A stretch of 64,000 nt of DNA from Candidatus Peregrinibacteria bacterium (GCA_963708185.1 OY970195.1:1248001-1312000), one strand, 5' to 3'; positions 9,687 to 18,985 are shown, counted from the stretch's first letter. Numbers and translations are program-made. Notes: generated by a model not told the origin, from the letters alone.

Positions 9687-10454
9687 TTAGTTAGTGACAA
9701 TTCCTTTCCGCTTATACTGATGGATTCCTGCTATTAAAATTATCAACGTCAGTAAACAAAACAAAATTATTGGGACAATGAACTGCCAGTTCTGTAAGAG
9801 ATTTGTCTGATAGTCAACAAGCACATTGTCCAGTGAAGAAAAGATGTTATCAATTGGATTGATTTTGCTTACAAAATCGGCAACAGGGTTGTTTTTAAGC
9901 GTTGAAGAAAATAATGCAGGGATTGTCATGGTCAAGAGGATGATGAGCGATGTACTCATGGTGTTTTTGCTTGAGCGAAAAAGTAATGAGATACCAAGAA
10001 TGAACAGGCTGAACCCTAAAACTCCGAGAGTCCCCAGCAACAGGACGTATCCCAGGAATGGCAGAATCAACTTGCTGCCCGCTGAAGCAACGATGATGTA
10101 AGGTGCTGCGACCAGATAAACGAAGAACCACAATGTCATTGAGGCTAAAAGTTTGCCGGCAATCGTTTTTTGTAGGCTTACAGGTGTCAATAAAAGGCTC
10201 TCGGCCGTGTCTTTTTCAAATTCGCGCGTCAGGATCGAAGAAGTGTCAATTGCAACGATGAGCAACCCGACACCTATGATTATTTTCCCGAGCAGCCACA
10301 TAAGTTCGGTTTGATCGAGCAGGCTCAGCTCTTTATCGGTGAGCAGAAGGTAGCTGGTAAAGCTAAACAGTAGAGACGCGATCAGCAGCCAGACGGTACT
10401 CTTCCACGTATAGAGTTCTTCCCGGATTTCCTTGAGCCAGATATATTTAATCAT
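9687..10454 (-). CDS. ABC-2 type permease
   Basis: IWLKEIRE N-terminus, E...ESLLLTP...GK motif, six TM. Confidence 0.85.
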   Translation of the reverse strand: MIKYIWLKEIREELYTWKSTVWLLIASLLFSFTSYLLLTDKELSLLDQTELMWLLGKIIIGVGLLIVAIDTSSILTREFEKDTAESLLLTPVSLQKTIAGKLLASMTLWFFVYLVAAPYIIVASAGSKLILPFLGYVLLLGTLGVLGFSLFILGISLLFRSSKNTMSTSLIILLTMTIPALFSSTLKNNPVADFVSKINPIDNIFSSLDNVLVDYQTNLLQNWQFIVPIILFCLLTLIILIAGIHQYKRKGIVTN

Positions 10455-11178
10455 TGCTGTTTGTTAGTGAGAGAAAGATATCTTTAAGGTCCCCATCTTT
10501 TTTATGCGTTAGATGCTGGAGATCGGCAATTGAACCGGATGCAACCACTTTTCCGCGGTTGATGATCGCGATTCGGGAGCAGAGCATCGAAACCTCGTGG
10601 AGCAAGTGTGAGGAGAAAAAGATGGTTGTCCCCTGTTTGTTCAGGTCAAGGAGCAGTTTTTGTATATCTTCCTGACCTTTTGGATCGAGTCCCAGCGTTG
10701 GTTCATCGAGGAATAGAATTTTTGGACTGTTGATGAGCGCCCTGGCGAGACCAAGGCGCTGTTTCATCCCGCGCGAATACGTTCCAATTTTTCTTTTTTT
10801 ACGTTCAGTCAAAGATACCCAATTTAAAAGTTTGTCCACGTTCTCAGTGCTACTAGGCATACTGTATAACTGGGCGAAAAAGGCTAAGTATTCTTCCCCC
10901 GTCATCCATTCGTAAAAGCCGCGGCTTTCGGGCATTACGCCTATAATACGTGAGATCTCATCTTTCTTGCCGATAGGCAGCCCATTGATGGAAATTGTGC
11001 CGCGGTCCGGCGGAATCATACCTGTCAGCATCCTGATGGTCGTTGTTTTCCCGGCGCCGTTCGGACCCAGAAAACCAAAAAATTCACCTTCAGAGATTTC
11101 CAGCGTAAGATCGTCCACCGCTTGGGTGTGGTCGTAGGATTTAAAAAGGTTTTGAGCTGACAAAACAATTTTTTTCAT
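10447..11178 (-). CDS. ABC transporter ATP-binding protein
   Basis: GPNGAGKTT, YSRGMKQR, LFLDEPT, SSH. Confidence 0.95.
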   Translation of the reverse strand: MKKIVLSAQNLFKSYDHTQAVDDLTLEISEGEFFGFLGPNGAGKTTTIRMLTGMIPPDRGTISINGLPIGKKDEISRIIGVMPESRGFYEWMTGEEYLAFFAQLYSMPSSTENVDKLLNWVSLTERKKRKIGTYSRGMKQRLGLARALINSPKILFLDEPTLGLDPKGQEDIQKLLLDLNKQGTTIFFSSHLLHEVSMLCSRIAIINRGKVVASGSIADLQHLTHKKDGDLKDIFLSLTNSND

Positions 11179-11182
11179 AGAT

Positions 11183-11374
11183 TTAGCGGTGAGGTGGTTT
11201 ACGCGGTATGCTCCAAAAAATATTTATCAGTAAGCTTGCAGCACCGACAATCACCAGGAACCAGCTTACAAAGAAATTAATGACCGTCTGATTGTCCGGG
11301 ACATCATTAAAGTAGTTTAAATAAAGACCGGCGATGATGACGATGAATGATATGACCAAAAAGCCTTGTTTCAT
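11183..11374 (-). CDS. Small two-TM protein
   Basis: 63-aa ORF tightly packed in the operon. Confidence 0.65.
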   Translation of the reverse strand: MKQGFLVISFIVIIAGLYLNYFNDVPDNQTVINFFVSWFLVIVGAASLLINIFWSIPRKPPHR

Positions 11375-11381
11375 AGATTTA

Positions 11382-11996
11382 TTAGTTATTCTCCCAGTTG
11401 AAGCTGTTATTTATTATGGTGAACATTGGCGAGAACTGTCCAAACGCTTCAAGATTTGTCGAGAATGATGTGAAGGCGGCTCTGTCCGGGCCGGTGATAT
11501 ATGTTGAAAGATTTTTTTTCACGGCATCATTGTCGCTGTATTGGTACGTGAGTTGATAGGCTTCGTTTCCGTTGATGGTTGTCTTCCGGTAGTCTATACG
11601 TTTATATCCCTTAAGAGTTTTTGTTAAGAGCGGCTCTTCCTGGCTTAAGATAAAGAGTTCCAATGTTGAATTGTCAGGAACATCCTGGAGTTGGATTTTG
11701 CCGTTCCCGGCGGCAAATGTTGTTTCGAAACTTCCGGCGGTTTGCCCAGAGGTTAAATCCCAATTGTCAGGCACTTTAAAAGTATAGAAGTTTTCTTTCA
11801 TGTCTTTGTTGTGATAGACGCTGAACGTGATTTTTTGTTGGCTGACGGCCAGTTGTTCTGTGGTTTGGGGCCGGAGCGATGCTGGATCTTTTACGTACAT
11901 TTGATTGGTGCCGGCGAAGGGGCCAAACGAGAAGAGCGTTAAAATAACCAAGGCAATGATGGTCAGCACGATGACTGCTATGACTTTTTTGTTCAT
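11382..11996 (-). CDS. Membrane-anchored PsbP/Mog1-like exported protein
   Basis: N-terminal TM; FKVPDNW, TTINGNEAY and final NSFNW pattern. Confidence 0.55.
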   Translation of the reverse strand: MNKKVIAVIVLTIIALVILTLFSFGPFAGTNQMYVKDPASLRPQTTEQLAVSQQKITFSVYHNKDMKENFYTFKVPDNWDLTSGQTAGSFETTFAAGNGKIQLQDVPDNSTLELFILSQEEPLLTKTLKGYKRIDYRKTTINGNEAYQLTYQYSDNDAVKKNLSTYITGPDRAAFTSFSTNLEAFGQFSPMFTIINNSFNWENN

Positions 11997-12019
11997 AACT
12001 CTACAGGTGATATGGTGCT

Positions 12020-12052
12020 TTTATACTCCCGGTTTGTGAATTTTTTATGAAG
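12020..12052 (-). promoter_or_regulatory. OmpR-type direct-repeat box plus -10
   Basis: Minus strand CTTCAT-N5-ATTCAC, then 10 nt, then TATAAA. Confidence 0.7.
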
Positions 12053-12113
12053 ATTTCGACATAAAATCAACTTGAGGAAATCGATGATAACCATTTAGGT
12101 GTATGATACTTTC

Positions 12114-12581
12114 ATGAATGATATTTTTATTTTTGGAGCACAATACCTTTTTCTTTTTATACCGGTTTTTGCTTTTGTTTATTTCTTAAATCAAAAACCC
12201 GAGAACAGAAAAAAGATTTTTTTGCTGGCCGTTTTTGCTCTGCCTGCGGTTTTTATTATGGGGAAAGTTGCGGCATTTTTTTATTATGACACCCGGCCGT
12301 TCTTGGCGAATCATTTTACTCCAGCTATACCTTCAGCGACGGATAACGGTTTTCCTTCGGACCATACCCTTTTGTCCGCTGCAATTGCATCTGTAATCTC
12401 TTTTTTTAGCCGTAAACTCGGGATTTTGTTATGGGCACTCACTGGTTTTGTAGGGATTTCAAGGGTTTATGTCGGTGTCCACTCCCCCCAAGACATTCTT
12501 GGCAGTATCATTATTGCCGCTTTTTTTACATGGTTAATGTCGAAGTTTACAAGATGTTATTTCTTCACAAAAACTTCATAA
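12114..12581 (+). CDS. PAP2 family undecaprenyl-pyrophosphate phosphatase (BcrC-like)
   Basis: RPF, FPSDH, SRVYVGVH motifs; ATG 12114 lies 6 nt after TATGAT. Confidence 0.88.
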   Translation: MNDIFIFGAQYLFLFIPVFAFVYFLNQKPENRKKIFLLAVFALPAVFIMGKVAAFFYYDTRPFLANHFTPAIPSATDNGFPSDHTLLSAAIASVISFFSRKLGILLWALTGFVGISRVYVGVHSPQDILGSIIIAAFFTWLMSKFTRCYFFTKTS

Positions 12582-12599
12582 GATTTTTCTATATATAGT
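12563..12599 (+). promoter_or_regulatory. OmpR-type box upstream of the response regulator (autoregulation)
   Basis: CTTCAC-AAAAA-CTTCAT, followed by TATATA/TATAGT. Confidence 0.7.
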
Positions 12600-12605
12600 A
12601 GCACT

Positions 12606-13280
12606 ATGAGAATTATTATTGTCGAAGATCAGAAAAAGCTTGCTCTTTCTCTCCGGCGGGGATTGGGACAGAACGGTTATGCGGTCGATACTTTTTTTGA
12701 TGGAGAAGCTGCGTTGCATCGTTTGGAGCACAGCAGCAAGGATTATGATCTCGTTATTCTTGACATTATGTTGCCAAAGATGGATGGAATTACAGTGTGT
12801 AAAAAATTGAGAGAAGATAAAATTTTTCTGCCAGTCCTTATGTTGACCGCTAAGGATACAGTTGATGACCGTATCCTGGGGCTGGATGCAGGAGCGGACG
12901 ACTATTTGATTAAACCTTTTTCTTTTGATGAGCTTTTGGCGCGCGTTCGAGCTTTGCTCCGAAGGCCGAAAAGCTCACTCGCGTGTGAACTCAAAATCAA
13001 GGATCTCGTTTTAAATACGGTGACACGGAAGGTGTTTCAGGGGAAAAGGGAAATAAACCTCACTTTAAAGGAATTTTCGATTCTTGAATACTTCATGCGT
13101 AACCCCAATCAAGTTCTCACCCGTGAACAAATCCTTAATCATGTGTGGGATTTTTCTTTTGATTCTTTGAGTAATGTGGTAGATGTTCATCTTAAGAACC
13201 TTCGTAAAAAATTAGAAGCACACAAGCATGAAGCATTTATTGAAACCGTTCACGGGGTGGGCTACAGACTTCAAGACTAA
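12606..13280 (+). CDS. OmpR/PhoB family response regulator
   Basis: VED, LDIMLP, LTAK, GADDYLIKPF and winged-helix ETVHGVGY. Confidence 0.95.
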   Translation: MRIIIVEDQKKLALSLRRGLGQNGYAVDTFFDGEAALHRLEHSSKDYDLVILDIMLPKMDGITVCKKLREDKIFLPVLMLTAKDTVDDRILGLDAGADDYLIKPFSFDELLARVRALLRRPKSSLACELKIKDLVLNTVTRKVFQGKREINLTLKEFSILEYFMRNPNQVLTREQILNHVWDFSFDSLSNVVDVHLKNLRKKLEAHKHEAFIETVHGVGYRLQD

Positions 13281-14253
13281 TGTCTTTAAGGCGGCGAGGA
13301 TTCGTCTCACGCTTTACTATATTTTTGTCATGGTTATTGTCGTTGGGATTTTCAGTGGAATGCTTTATGTAACGCTTGAAAAAAATATCAGGGATTCCAT
13401 CGAGGAAAATGTGGGGGATCAAAACGTCCAAGTTGAAACCGTCACGGCAACCGTTGACCGTTTGAGGATCACTTTTTTCGTTTTAGACGGTCTCATTCTG
13501 TTGTTGATAAGTGCTCTGAGTTATGTCCTTGCTGGCGAGACGCTTCAGCCCATTGTAAAGGCGCTTGATGCACAGAAGCGGTTTAGTGCTGACGCATCGC
13601 ATGACTTGAGGACTCCCCTTGCTATTATGCGTACTGATATAGAAGTGACGCTGAATGAAAAGCATGACTCTTCTGCCCACTTGAAGAAGACGCTCGAAAG
13701 TAATTTGGAGGAAGTGGAACGTATGTCTGACCTGATTGAGAACCTTCTTCTGCTTTCAAGGCTTGATAGCGGAAAAGTTTCCGGAGCAGCCGTAAAATTT
13801 GAGCTTGGTGATTTTGTTCAAAAAATTGTTGGAAGATTTAAAGAGCAGGCAAGAGTAAAACGAATAGCCTTGAGAATGGATAAGAAAGACAATGGCAGTA
13901 TCGTAGGCGTTCAGTCGGATCTGGGGAGAGCTTTCTACAATATTTTGCAAAATGCCCTTCACTATACTCCGAGCCGGGGAAAGATTTTCGTTGAAGTTTT
14001 GAAAGAAAAGGACCATATGAGTGTTGTAATCATCGATAATGGAGTTGGGATTGATAAAAAAGATTTACCTTTTGTGTTTGATCGTTTTTTCAAGGCATCG
14101 AATTCAAGAAACGAATATGCCGGCGGATCAGGGCTCGGATTGCCTATAGCTCAGGAGATTATCAAGGCACACCATGGGACAATTTCTCTTCAGAGTCATA
14201 CAGGCAAAGGAACAAGGGTGAACATTAGTCTGCCACTTTCCGTTATGGCTTAA
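13228..14253 (+). CDS. Sensor histidine kinase
   Basis: Two TM with a short loop; H-box SHDLRTPL, N-box NILQNA, DNGVG, GSGLGL. Confidence 0.93.
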   Translation: MKHLLKPFTGWATDFKTNVFKAARIRLTLYYIFVMVIVVGIFSGMLYVTLEKNIRDSIEENVGDQNVQVETVTATVDRLRITFFVLDGLILLLISALSYVLAGETLQPIVKALDAQKRFSADASHDLRTPLAIMRTDIEVTLNEKHDSSAHLKKTLESNLEEVERMSDLIENLLLLSRLDSGKVSGAAVKFELGDFVQKIVGRFKEQARVKRIALRMDKKDNGSIVGVQSDLGRAFYNILQNALHYTPSRGKIFVEVLKEKDHMSVVIIDNGVGIDKKDLPFVFDRFFKASNSRNEYAGGSGLGLPIAQEIIKAHHGTISLQSHTGKGTRVNISLPLSVMA

Positions 14254-14255
14254 AA

Positions 14256-14307
14256 GTTCATCATAACTTCATTTTTGAGGTTTACCATTAAAGTAACCTC
14301 AAAAATG
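14256..14307 (+). promoter_or_regulatory. OmpR-type box plus -10, overlapped by a 13-bp inverted repeat
   Basis: GTTCAT-CATAA-CTTCAT, 10 nt, TACCAT; CATTTTTGAGGTT/AACCTCAAAAATG (14270-14307). Confidence 0.65.
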
Positions 14308-14347
14308 GTCGAGTTGGGGGAAAATAATTCTGTAACGTGAATACTTT

Positions 14348-14761
14348 ATGCAAATCAACAAGAAAGCAGCATCTATTATAGCTATTGTAAGCGCATTGGG
14401 AGGAGTCGCTGGTTCTATTGCCATTGCCGCACATGCACAAACCTCTTTACCTCCGGTTCAGCCGGCGGCGATGGTGCAGTCACAGGATACTGACAATATT
14501 CAGGCCCCTGGCGGGGTGGAAGTTCCCGATACCAAAGCGGCAGCAGCGTCTGAAGCAAACGATCAGGAAACCAACGATGACCAAAATCGGGTAAGCCAGC
14601 AGCAAGATGGTGGCAAAGATGACGCCACAGAAGTTCATCACTTCAACACAGATCCAGCGCATGAAGCAAATGAAAAGGATGAAGGTAATGCTGAGGAGAC
14701 GGTTGGACAAAATCCTTCAACTCCTTCTCAAACGATTCCTAAAGTCGTAAAAGGACAATGA
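14348..14761 (+). CDS. Secreted acidic, low-complexity protein
   Basis: Signal peptide ending AHA; D/E/Q/N-rich body with NTDPAHEANE. Confidence 0.7.
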   Translation: MQINKKAASIIAIVSALGGVAGSIAIAAHAQTSLPPVQPAAMVQSQDTDNIQAPGGVEVPDTKAAAASEANDQETNDDQNRVSQQQDGGKDDATEVHHFNTDPAHEANEKDEGNAEETVGQNPSTPSQTIPKVVKGQ

Positions 14762-14847
14762 GTTTGTTTTCCGTCGTTTTAGATTGATACACCAAAGGGC
14801 ACCTTTTCAGGAGTCTTTTGGTGTGCTGATTTACGAAAAGAAAAAAA

Positions 14848-14880
14848 CTTCATAATTTCTTCATTTTTTTCTTTTATCTT
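14848..14880 (+). promoter_or_regulatory. OmpR-type box plus -10
   Basis: CTTCAT-AATTT-CTTCAT, 10 nt, TATCTT. Confidence 0.72.
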
Positions 14881-14922
14881 ATTTGAGTTCGAAAAACATA
14901 AATAATTTTTTTAAACTTTGAT

Positions 14923-15774
14923 ATGCCTCAGGATACAAATACGCAAAAATTTCGAAAGATGTTAAACAAGGTACCGGAAGTTACTCTTTATTTTTGGATT
15001 ATCAAGATTTTGTGTACGACTATTGGAGAGACTGCAGCGGACTACCTCAATACAACCTTGAATCTAGGCTTGAATGGGACAACGCTCGTAATGGGCCTAT
15101 TGCTCATTATTGTCCTTATTTTCCAGTTTAGATCCAAAAAATATGTTCCTGCATTCTATTGGCTTGCGGTTGTTTTACTCAGCGTTGTAGGTACATTGAT
15201 TACCGATAATTTGACTGATAATCTGGGGGTTTCTTTGGAAACGACGACCATCGTATTTTCAGTAATTTTGGCGGGAGTATTTGCTATCTGGTACGCGAGC
15301 GAAAAAACATTGTCCATTCATTCTATTTTAACTACCCGGCGTGAAGCATTTTACTGGCTTGCGATTCTCTTTACTTTTGCCTTGGGTACGGCGGCGGGAG
15401 ATCTTTCGGCTGAAAAATTTGATCTTGGCTATTTGAATTCTTTGTTTATATTCGCTGGTCTTATCGCAGCTATAACCGTTATTCATTACGTTGTTAGAGA
15501 GGTCTTAGCCAAGGAACACAGGCATCAGTCCACGAATGCCGTTTTGGCTTTCTGGCTTGCTTACATTTTGACTCGTCCTCTCGGCGCGTCGATTGGTGAT
15601 TATCTGTCCCAAGCTCCGGCTGATGGCGGTTTGGGGCTGGGAACTACTGATACAAGCTTTATTTTTCTTGGCGCGATCTTGGTGTTGGTCGTCTATCTTT
15701 CCATTACAAAGAAGGACGTGATTACCAAGGAGGTTGCAAAACACGGCCATTCCGAGGTCATCGCGCCGTATTAA
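14923..15774 (+). CDS. COG4705/DUF347 repeat membrane protein
   Basis: KVPEVTLYFWIIKILCTTIGETAAD, GTAAGD and TRPLGASIGD repeats. Confidence 0.88.
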   Translation: MPQDTNTQKFRKMLNKVPEVTLYFWIIKILCTTIGETAADYLNTTLNLGLNGTTLVMGLLLIIVLIFQFRSKKYVPAFYWLAVVLLSVVGTLITDNLTDNLGVSLETTTIVFSVILAGVFAIWYASEKTLSIHSILTTRREAFYWLAILFTFALGTAAGDLSAEKFDLGYLNSLFIFAGLIAAITVIHYVVREVLAKEHRHQSTNAVLAFWLAYILTRPLGASIGDYLSQAPADGGLGLGTTDTSFIFLGAILVLVVYLSITKKDVITKEVAKHGHSEVIAPY

Positions 15775-15832
15775 CAGCTGCGTGCGAAACCTGATGTTTT
15801 GTTTAGGCCTGATCACAACGGTTTGTATCCTA

Positions 15833-15868
15833 AAGAAAGGGACTCTTGAACTCAAGGGTCCCTTTCTT
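15833..15868. terminator. Hairpin, possibly a bidirectional terminator
   Basis: AAGAAAGGGACTCTTGA-AC-TCAAGGGTCCCTTTCTT. Confidence 0.75.
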
Positions 15869-15891
15869 CTTTCTATTCCTTACCCCAACAA

Positions 15892-15924
15892 ATTATAATC
15901 GGTTATTATGAATTTTTTATGAAG
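15892..15924 (-). promoter_or_regulatory. OmpR-type box plus perfect -10 with no downstream ORF
   Basis: Minus strand CTTCAT-AAAAA-ATTCAT, 10 nt, TATAAT. Confidence 0.65.
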
Positions 15925-15950
15925 GATTTTTTTAACGTATAATGCAGCCG

Positions 15951-16196
15951 ATGGCTTTTTTCGTTTACATATTGGAGTGCAACGACGGTACGTTGTATAC
16001 CGGTTCCACCCGCGATGTGGAAAAGAGGGTGTATGCCCATAATTTTTTGAAATCTGGAGCGAGATATACACGCGCACGAAGGCCGGTGAAGCTTGTTTAT
16101 ACTGAAAAATACGCCACGTATCGCCAGGCCATGCGCCGTGAATACGAACTGAAACAGCTCAAAAGACGGGATAAGCTGGAGCTGATCTATTATTGA
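15951..16196 (+). CDS. GIY-YIG nuclease family protein (UPF0213/YhbQ-like)
   Basis: VYILEC.DGTLYTG.T...R...H...GARYT..RRP; ATG 15951 preferred because TATAAT overlaps ATG 15942. Confidence 0.92.
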   Translation: MAFFVYILECNDGTLYTGSTRDVEKRVYAHNFLKSGARYTRARRPVKLVYTEKYATYRQAMRREYELKQLKRRDKLELIYY

Positions 16197-16705
16197 AGCG
16201 GAGCATTATCCTTGATCTCATGAAGATGGCAGGTGTTTTCGATGAAGCTCGTCATTGCCTGAAACTTATTTTTGTTGAAAACATAGGGCAGGATCGACTC
16301 CTTCCCTTCTTTATCGATAAGCTTCAGTCTGTTGGCGGGCCAGAAAAGATCAACTTTATAACCGGTGAGATCCTGCGTCTGGTGGAACTCCGATGATTTT
16401 TTCTTGCTCAAATACCGAACGTGGATCTCTTCGCCCTCGTCGCTGATTTCGATCTTTGAAGAAAGGTTGGAAAGGAAACCGGAAAACAGGATGGCCATGA
16501 TCGCGATGATCATGAGGTCCGGGAGCGTGAAAGAGCTGTTGTTGAGAAATTCGTCGATGGTTTTTGCCGCGACTCCTTTCAGCAGCGCGGACGCGAAAGG
16601 AAGAATGACGATGCCCGTCACGACGATGCCAAGGAGGATATTGGACAGTTTTTTTAACGCCGGGCCGAGAAAGAACAGCAGTTTGTTCGGGCAGTAGATT
16701 TCCAT
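16190..16705 (-). CDS. Hypothetical membrane protein
   Basis: Two TM plus soluble C-terminus; TATAAT 7 nt before the ATG. Confidence 0.7.
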   Translation of the reverse strand: MEIYCPNKLLFFLGPALKKLSNILLGIVVTGIVILPFASALLKGVAAKTIDEFLNNSSFTLPDLMIIAIMAILFSGFLSNLSSKIEISDEGEEIHVRYLSKKKSSEFHQTQDLTGYKVDLFWPANRLKLIDKEGKESILPYVFNKNKFQAMTSFIENTCHLHEIKDNAPLQ

Positions 16706-16770
16706 GCAGCCTATTATACCATTTGTTTTTTCATGGTATAGTCGGGGTATTATTCATTTAGTTTTCAGGT

Positions 16771-16962
16771 ATGAAGACCCTCGCTTGTTCAGATTTGGGA
16801 GCCGCAGAGTGCACTTTTGTCGCCAGCGGTGAAACCAACGAAGACGTCGTTCAAAAGATGATGGAGCACGCTAAAGCCGCTCATCCGGAAAAAATGGAGC
16901 AGATGAAGAACATGACTCCGGAAGAAATGAACGCCATGATGGTGGCGAAAATCAAAGGTTAA
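16771..16962 (+). CDS. DUF1059 small metal-binding protein
   Basis: CxDxG..C.F...GE.......H...H pattern. Confidence 0.85.
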   Translation: MKTLACSDLGAAECTFVASGETNEDVVQKMMEHAKAAHPEKMEQMKNMTPEEMNAMMVAKIKG

Positions 16963-16977
16963 TGTTATACTTGGGGC

Positions 16978-17133
16978 ATGAATCACTGTGACCACGGTGT
17001 GTTCATGCCCCGAGAGTACCCTCAGAGGCCGAAGTGGAACCGCGTACAGGTGCAATGCCTGGAATGCGGGAAAGACTTTACCTACTGGGAGGATCGGGAT
17101 GAATCACATCTGGAAGCGCTCCCCCAAGATTAG
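16978..17133 (+). CDS. 51-aa putative Zn-ribbon microprotein (not in the ORF track)
   Basis: MNHCDH...QCLECGKDF...; TGnTATACT 6 nt before the ATG. Confidence 0.6.
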   Translation: MNHCDHGVFMPREYPQRPKWNRVQVQCLECGKDFTYWEDRDESHLEALPQD

Positions 17134-17156
17134 GGAGGCGGCTTTCGCCGTGGACG
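17134..17156 (+). repeat. 23-bp direct repeat, copy 1
   Basis: GGAGGCGGCTTTCGCCGTGGACG, identical to 18986-19008. Confidence 0.95.
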
Positions 17157-17212
17157 ACGTTGTTTTTTTGGCTTTCCTGTGATAAAATATTAGGTTAGTG
17201 TTTTTCATTATT

Positions 17213-18970
17213 ATGGTATCGGAAGAATCCAAAAAAAATGATGAGCAGGACCTCGACTCGCGTTATAAAACCCTTCGCAGAAAAGCCCGGCTGGCCGAGG
17301 AAAAGGTCATGCAGAAAAATATTTACAAACGTGGCGTTTTTGAAACGCTGACCGAAGTTTCGGGTGAAATCCAGCGGATTGCTAGGGCAACCCATAAAGA
17401 TTTTCATAAGGTTCTTCAAGAAACGGGCATTAAAGACCCGGATGAGATTTTCGACGAATCCGTCAGTCACTGGGATAGTATGCTTCGAGCCTCTTCAATT
17501 CCCTCCGAAGAGCAGTTGATTGAAAGTCTGCAGGATGATTTTCAGTTGAAACTTACCAAAGCCGCAGACGTGTTTCTCCCCACGGACAGGCTTGAGCCAC
17601 ACCATGGCGATCGTCAGGAGTCCAAGGAACCCGGTGATGATGTTAATCGGGTTGGACTTGCGATCGAGACGATTCTGCATATGCGCTTGGACGACGAAAA
17701 AATTTTACTTGATGACTTGAAGGTCACCGTGGGGCGCGTTCCAGAACACAGCTGGAGAACCAGACCCTACTGGGTGATCGATTTAAAAAAGTATAAGATC
17801 GCGGTTTTTTTGAACAACCAGCACTCGAACCGCACTTTTGTCCTGGGGTATAAAACAAAAAAAAACCTTGGAGAACTTGAAAAATATACCAAAGAACACT
17901 TGAAAGCGCTCAGCGAACGACCGAAGTCACTCATCCATCATTTTGTTTTTCACGACGATGGTCAGTTCCGTGGAGAACTTGCCGCCACGATTCAGAAAGT
18001 TTACGAAGGGAAGGCGATGGCGAAGCCTTATGCAACCTATGAAGAGGCGCAGAGGGCGGTACATGCTCTGGGGATAACGTCGCAAAAAGACTACATGAAG
18101 CGTTACAGGGAAGATCCCCGATTGCATTCGAATCCCGTATATCACTACAAGGAGGACTTTGTCGGTTGGGCGGATTTTCTCGGCACCGGGAATAAAAGCA
18201 CCCGGGAACGTTCGGCGGAACTCTATGCAACCTATGAAGAGGCAAGTGCGGCGGCCCGTGCTCTGGGAATAAAGACAAAAGAGGAGTATGCCAAAAGATA
18301 TCGTGAAGATCCGAAACTTACTTCAAGTCCAAACGGTAAGTACGGAAAGGATTTCAAGGGATGGAAAGATTTTCTCGGAACCTTGGATAAAAGACGGCAT
18401 TCAACAACGTATCCGACCTACGAACAAGCCAGGGAAGCCGCTCGGGCCTTGGGATCAACATCAGGTAGCGATTATAATCAACGTCGTCATGAGAATCCAC
18501 GTTTACCGGCTTCCCCTTTAGGTAAATACGGGAAGGCATTTGTCGGTTGGGCGGATTTTTTAGGGACGGGAAATAAAAGCTATATTGAAAGGCATTCGGA
18601 ATTTTATGTCACTTATGAAGAAGCGAAGAAGGCTGCACAAGCGCTGGGAGCAAAATCTCAAACTGAATATTATCAACTCTATAAAAAGGACCCTCGGCTT
18701 TCGTCTAATCCTGATCGAACGTACAAGAAAACTTTTCTCAGCTGGGGTGATTTTCTGGGAACTGAAACTAAAAACAGCATGGAGCGATCACGGGAGCTGT
18801 ATTCCACCTATGAGGAAGCAAAGAAGGCGGCGCAGAAATTGAGAATAAAGTCTGAAACGGACTACCGGATGGAATATAAAAAAGATCCCCGTTTGCCATC
18901 GAGTCCCTCTTCCAAATACGGCGACGAATTCGTGAGCTGGGCGGATTTTTTGGGGAAAAAGAAGAAATAG
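17213..18970 (+). CDS. Protein with five C-terminal integrase-repeat-like (PF14882-type) units
   Basis: Five YxTYEEA...LG......Y...Y..DPRL.S.P...Y...F..W.DFLG units starting at 18029, 18224, 18410, 18605, 18800; alternative GTG start at 17198. Confidence 0.75.
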   Translation: MVSEESKKNDEQDLDSRYKTLRRKARLAEEKVMQKNIYKRGVFETLTEVSGEIQRIARATHKDFHKVLQETGIKDPDEIFDESVSHWDSMLRASSIPSEEQLIESLQDDFQLKLTKAADVFLPTDRLEPHHGDRQESKEPGDDVNRVGLAIETILHMRLDDEKILLDDLKVTVGRVPEHSWRTRPYWVIDLKKYKIAVFLNNQHSNRTFVLGYKTKKNLGELEKYTKEHLKALSERPKSLIHHFVFHDDGQFRGELAATIQKVYEGKAMAKPYATYEEAQRAVHALGITSQKDYMKRYREDPRLHSNPVYHYKEDFVGWADFLGTGNKSTRERSAELYATYEEASAAARALGIKTKEEYAKRYREDPKLTSSPNGKYGKDFKGWKDFLGTLDKRRHSTTYPTYEQAREAARALGSTSGSDYNQRRHENPRLPASPLGKYGKAFVGWADFLGTGNKSYIERHSEFYVTYEEAKKAAQALGAKSQTEYYQLYKKDPRLSSNPDRTYKKTFLSWGDFLGTETKNSMERSRELYSTYEEAKKAAQKLRIKSETDYRMEYKKDPRLPSSPSSKYGDEFVSWADFLGKKKK

Positions 18971-18985
18971 TTTTATTCTCATGCT

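Noticed and set aside
15951-16196. GIY-YIG as a homing endonuclease or REP-mobilising nuclease
   Set aside because: Short stand-alone UPF0213 type, with no intron or flanking REP pair visible
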